Shown here in pieces: positions 36,754 through 37,600 of a stretch of 37,600 bases of DNA (positions are counted from its first letter, which is position 1; each line of letters opens with the position of its first letter). The position numbers and the translations under genes were made by a program. This DNA comes from a virus (lineage: Duplodnaviria; Caudoviricetes), in the IMG/VR virus record IMGVR_UViG_3300020045_001999, positions 1-37,600 of that record, one strand, 5' to 3'. The notes below the pieces were generated by a model that ran no database searches, was not told where the DNA came from, and saw nothing but the letters and a program-made list of their open reading frames with translations.

Positions 36754-37600
36754 CTATCTGCTAATAGCTTTTTTAGCATTCCAATTTTTTTCAAAGAATT
36801 TATCTTGTGTAAGTGTTTTTCTTTGTTTATCTTGATTAGCTATCATTGAGTTAGTTCTTTTAACTCTATCTTCTCTCAACAAAAATAACATACCTGCTGC
36901 TGATACACGGTCAAAGTTACCATCACTATTCCAAGCTACACATTCTTCTAGATAAGGAATACTTCTAATATGATGTAATTTTAAACTATTATCTTCTTCA
37001 TCAGATTCATTATATTGTGTTAACATATACTGCGCTTGTAATAATCTTCCCCATTTATTAATTTCTTTATTAGCATGTGTACCTTTAGCTTTATTACCAT
37101 ACAAATTAGTAGCTTTCACCATATCCATATCACGAAGTATTTGAGGTACATCACATAAATAATGTAAACAATTACGTGCATCAAAATAACTAAATAAACC
37201 TTTTAAATTAGATTCATAATTAGCTTCACCATTATAAAATTTTAACATACGTAATGCTGTTTCATAAGCATCGTTTGCTAATCTAGGTCTTCCTGTATAT
37301 TCACATACAATTCTATCTGTAAATGTGTCCATACCAATTATACTAAACAATGAAGTTCCTGTGTCCGCATCAATAGGGTCAATACCAAATATATATCTAC
37401 CTCTAGCAATTTCACCATTAGCATTTTTCTTTGGCATTTCAAATATTTCTAAACAACCTGTTCTATCTGTATCAGAACTATCATACGCTCTAAGTGGGTG
37501 TTTATCTGTAGATAAATTCCATTTAACATTACCTTCATTATCATATACTAACTCACCTATATAATGTTCAGCTAAAAATGATTCTTTTTTAGGACCAATA
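36754..37600 (-). CDS. terL: Terminase large subunit, C-terminal RNase H-like nuclease part (5' end outside the window)
   Basis: The frame is open to the right edge (IGPKKESFLAEHYIGEL...GCLEIFEMP). Motifs YIFGIDPID, EYTGRP, YESN and GNFDRVSA. Confidence 0.92.
   Translation of the reverse strand, partial: IGPKKESFLAEHYIGELVYDNEGNVKWNLSTDKHPLRAYDSSDTDRTGCLEIFEMPKKNANGEIARGRYIFGIDPIDADTGTSLFSIIGMDTFTDRIVCEYTGRPRLANDAYETALRMLKFYNGEANYESNLKGLFSYFDARNCLHYLCDVPQILRDMDMVKATNLYGNKAKGTHANKEINKWGRLLQAQYMLTQYNESDEEDNSLKLHHIRSIPYLEECVAWNSDGNFDRVSAAGMLFLLREDRVKRTNSMIANQDKQRKTLTQDKFFEKNWNAKKAISR

Noticed and set aside
34258-36756. Stop-codon reassignment (TAG or TGA), common in some Crassvirales
   Set aside because: Genes are full length in code 11. 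TAG ends portal and terL just before intergenic promoters, and TGA ends genes in ATGA overlaps.
35095-37564. Plus-strand ORFs 35095-35391 and 37325-37564
   Set aside because: Antisense to portal and terL.
1-37600. CRISPR array, tRNA, diversity-generating retroelement or invertible fibre cassette
   Set aside because: No regularly spaced repeats, cloverleaf, reverse transcriptase or recombinase seen by eye; non-coding space is minimal. A computational scan was not possible.

Overview
A very AT-rich segment of a crAss-like (Crassvirales) phage of a Bacteroidota host, most similar in organisation to the Cellulophaga phi14:2 / PhiCrAss001 type. All credible genes are on the minus strand and use the standard code. 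In transcription order (right to left) they are: terminase large subunit (partial), portal, acidic scaffold-like protein, a free-standing nuclease, major capsid protein (MCP), ring / auxiliary capsid / hub proteins, tail fibre, a lysis cassette (holin-like genes, GH73 endolysin, spanin-like protein), a beta-helix tailspike, a metallophosphoesterase, ring, IHF-like, ring and muzzle proteins, three cargo/ejection proteins, and the virion RNA polymerase (DFDVD motif; runs off the left edge and is missing from the ORF track). The main hidden element is an ORF-less 262-nt subgroup IA2 group I intron (32151-32412) that interrupts MCP codon 7. It sits 62 nt downstream of a free-standing GIY-YIG-like nuclease gene, an arrangement suggesting collaborative homing. 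Two more free-standing GIY-YIG genes, five Bacteroidota -33/-7 promoters and several intrinsic terminators inside operons are also visible. Structural-protein names come from recalled motifs and synteny, not from database searches.
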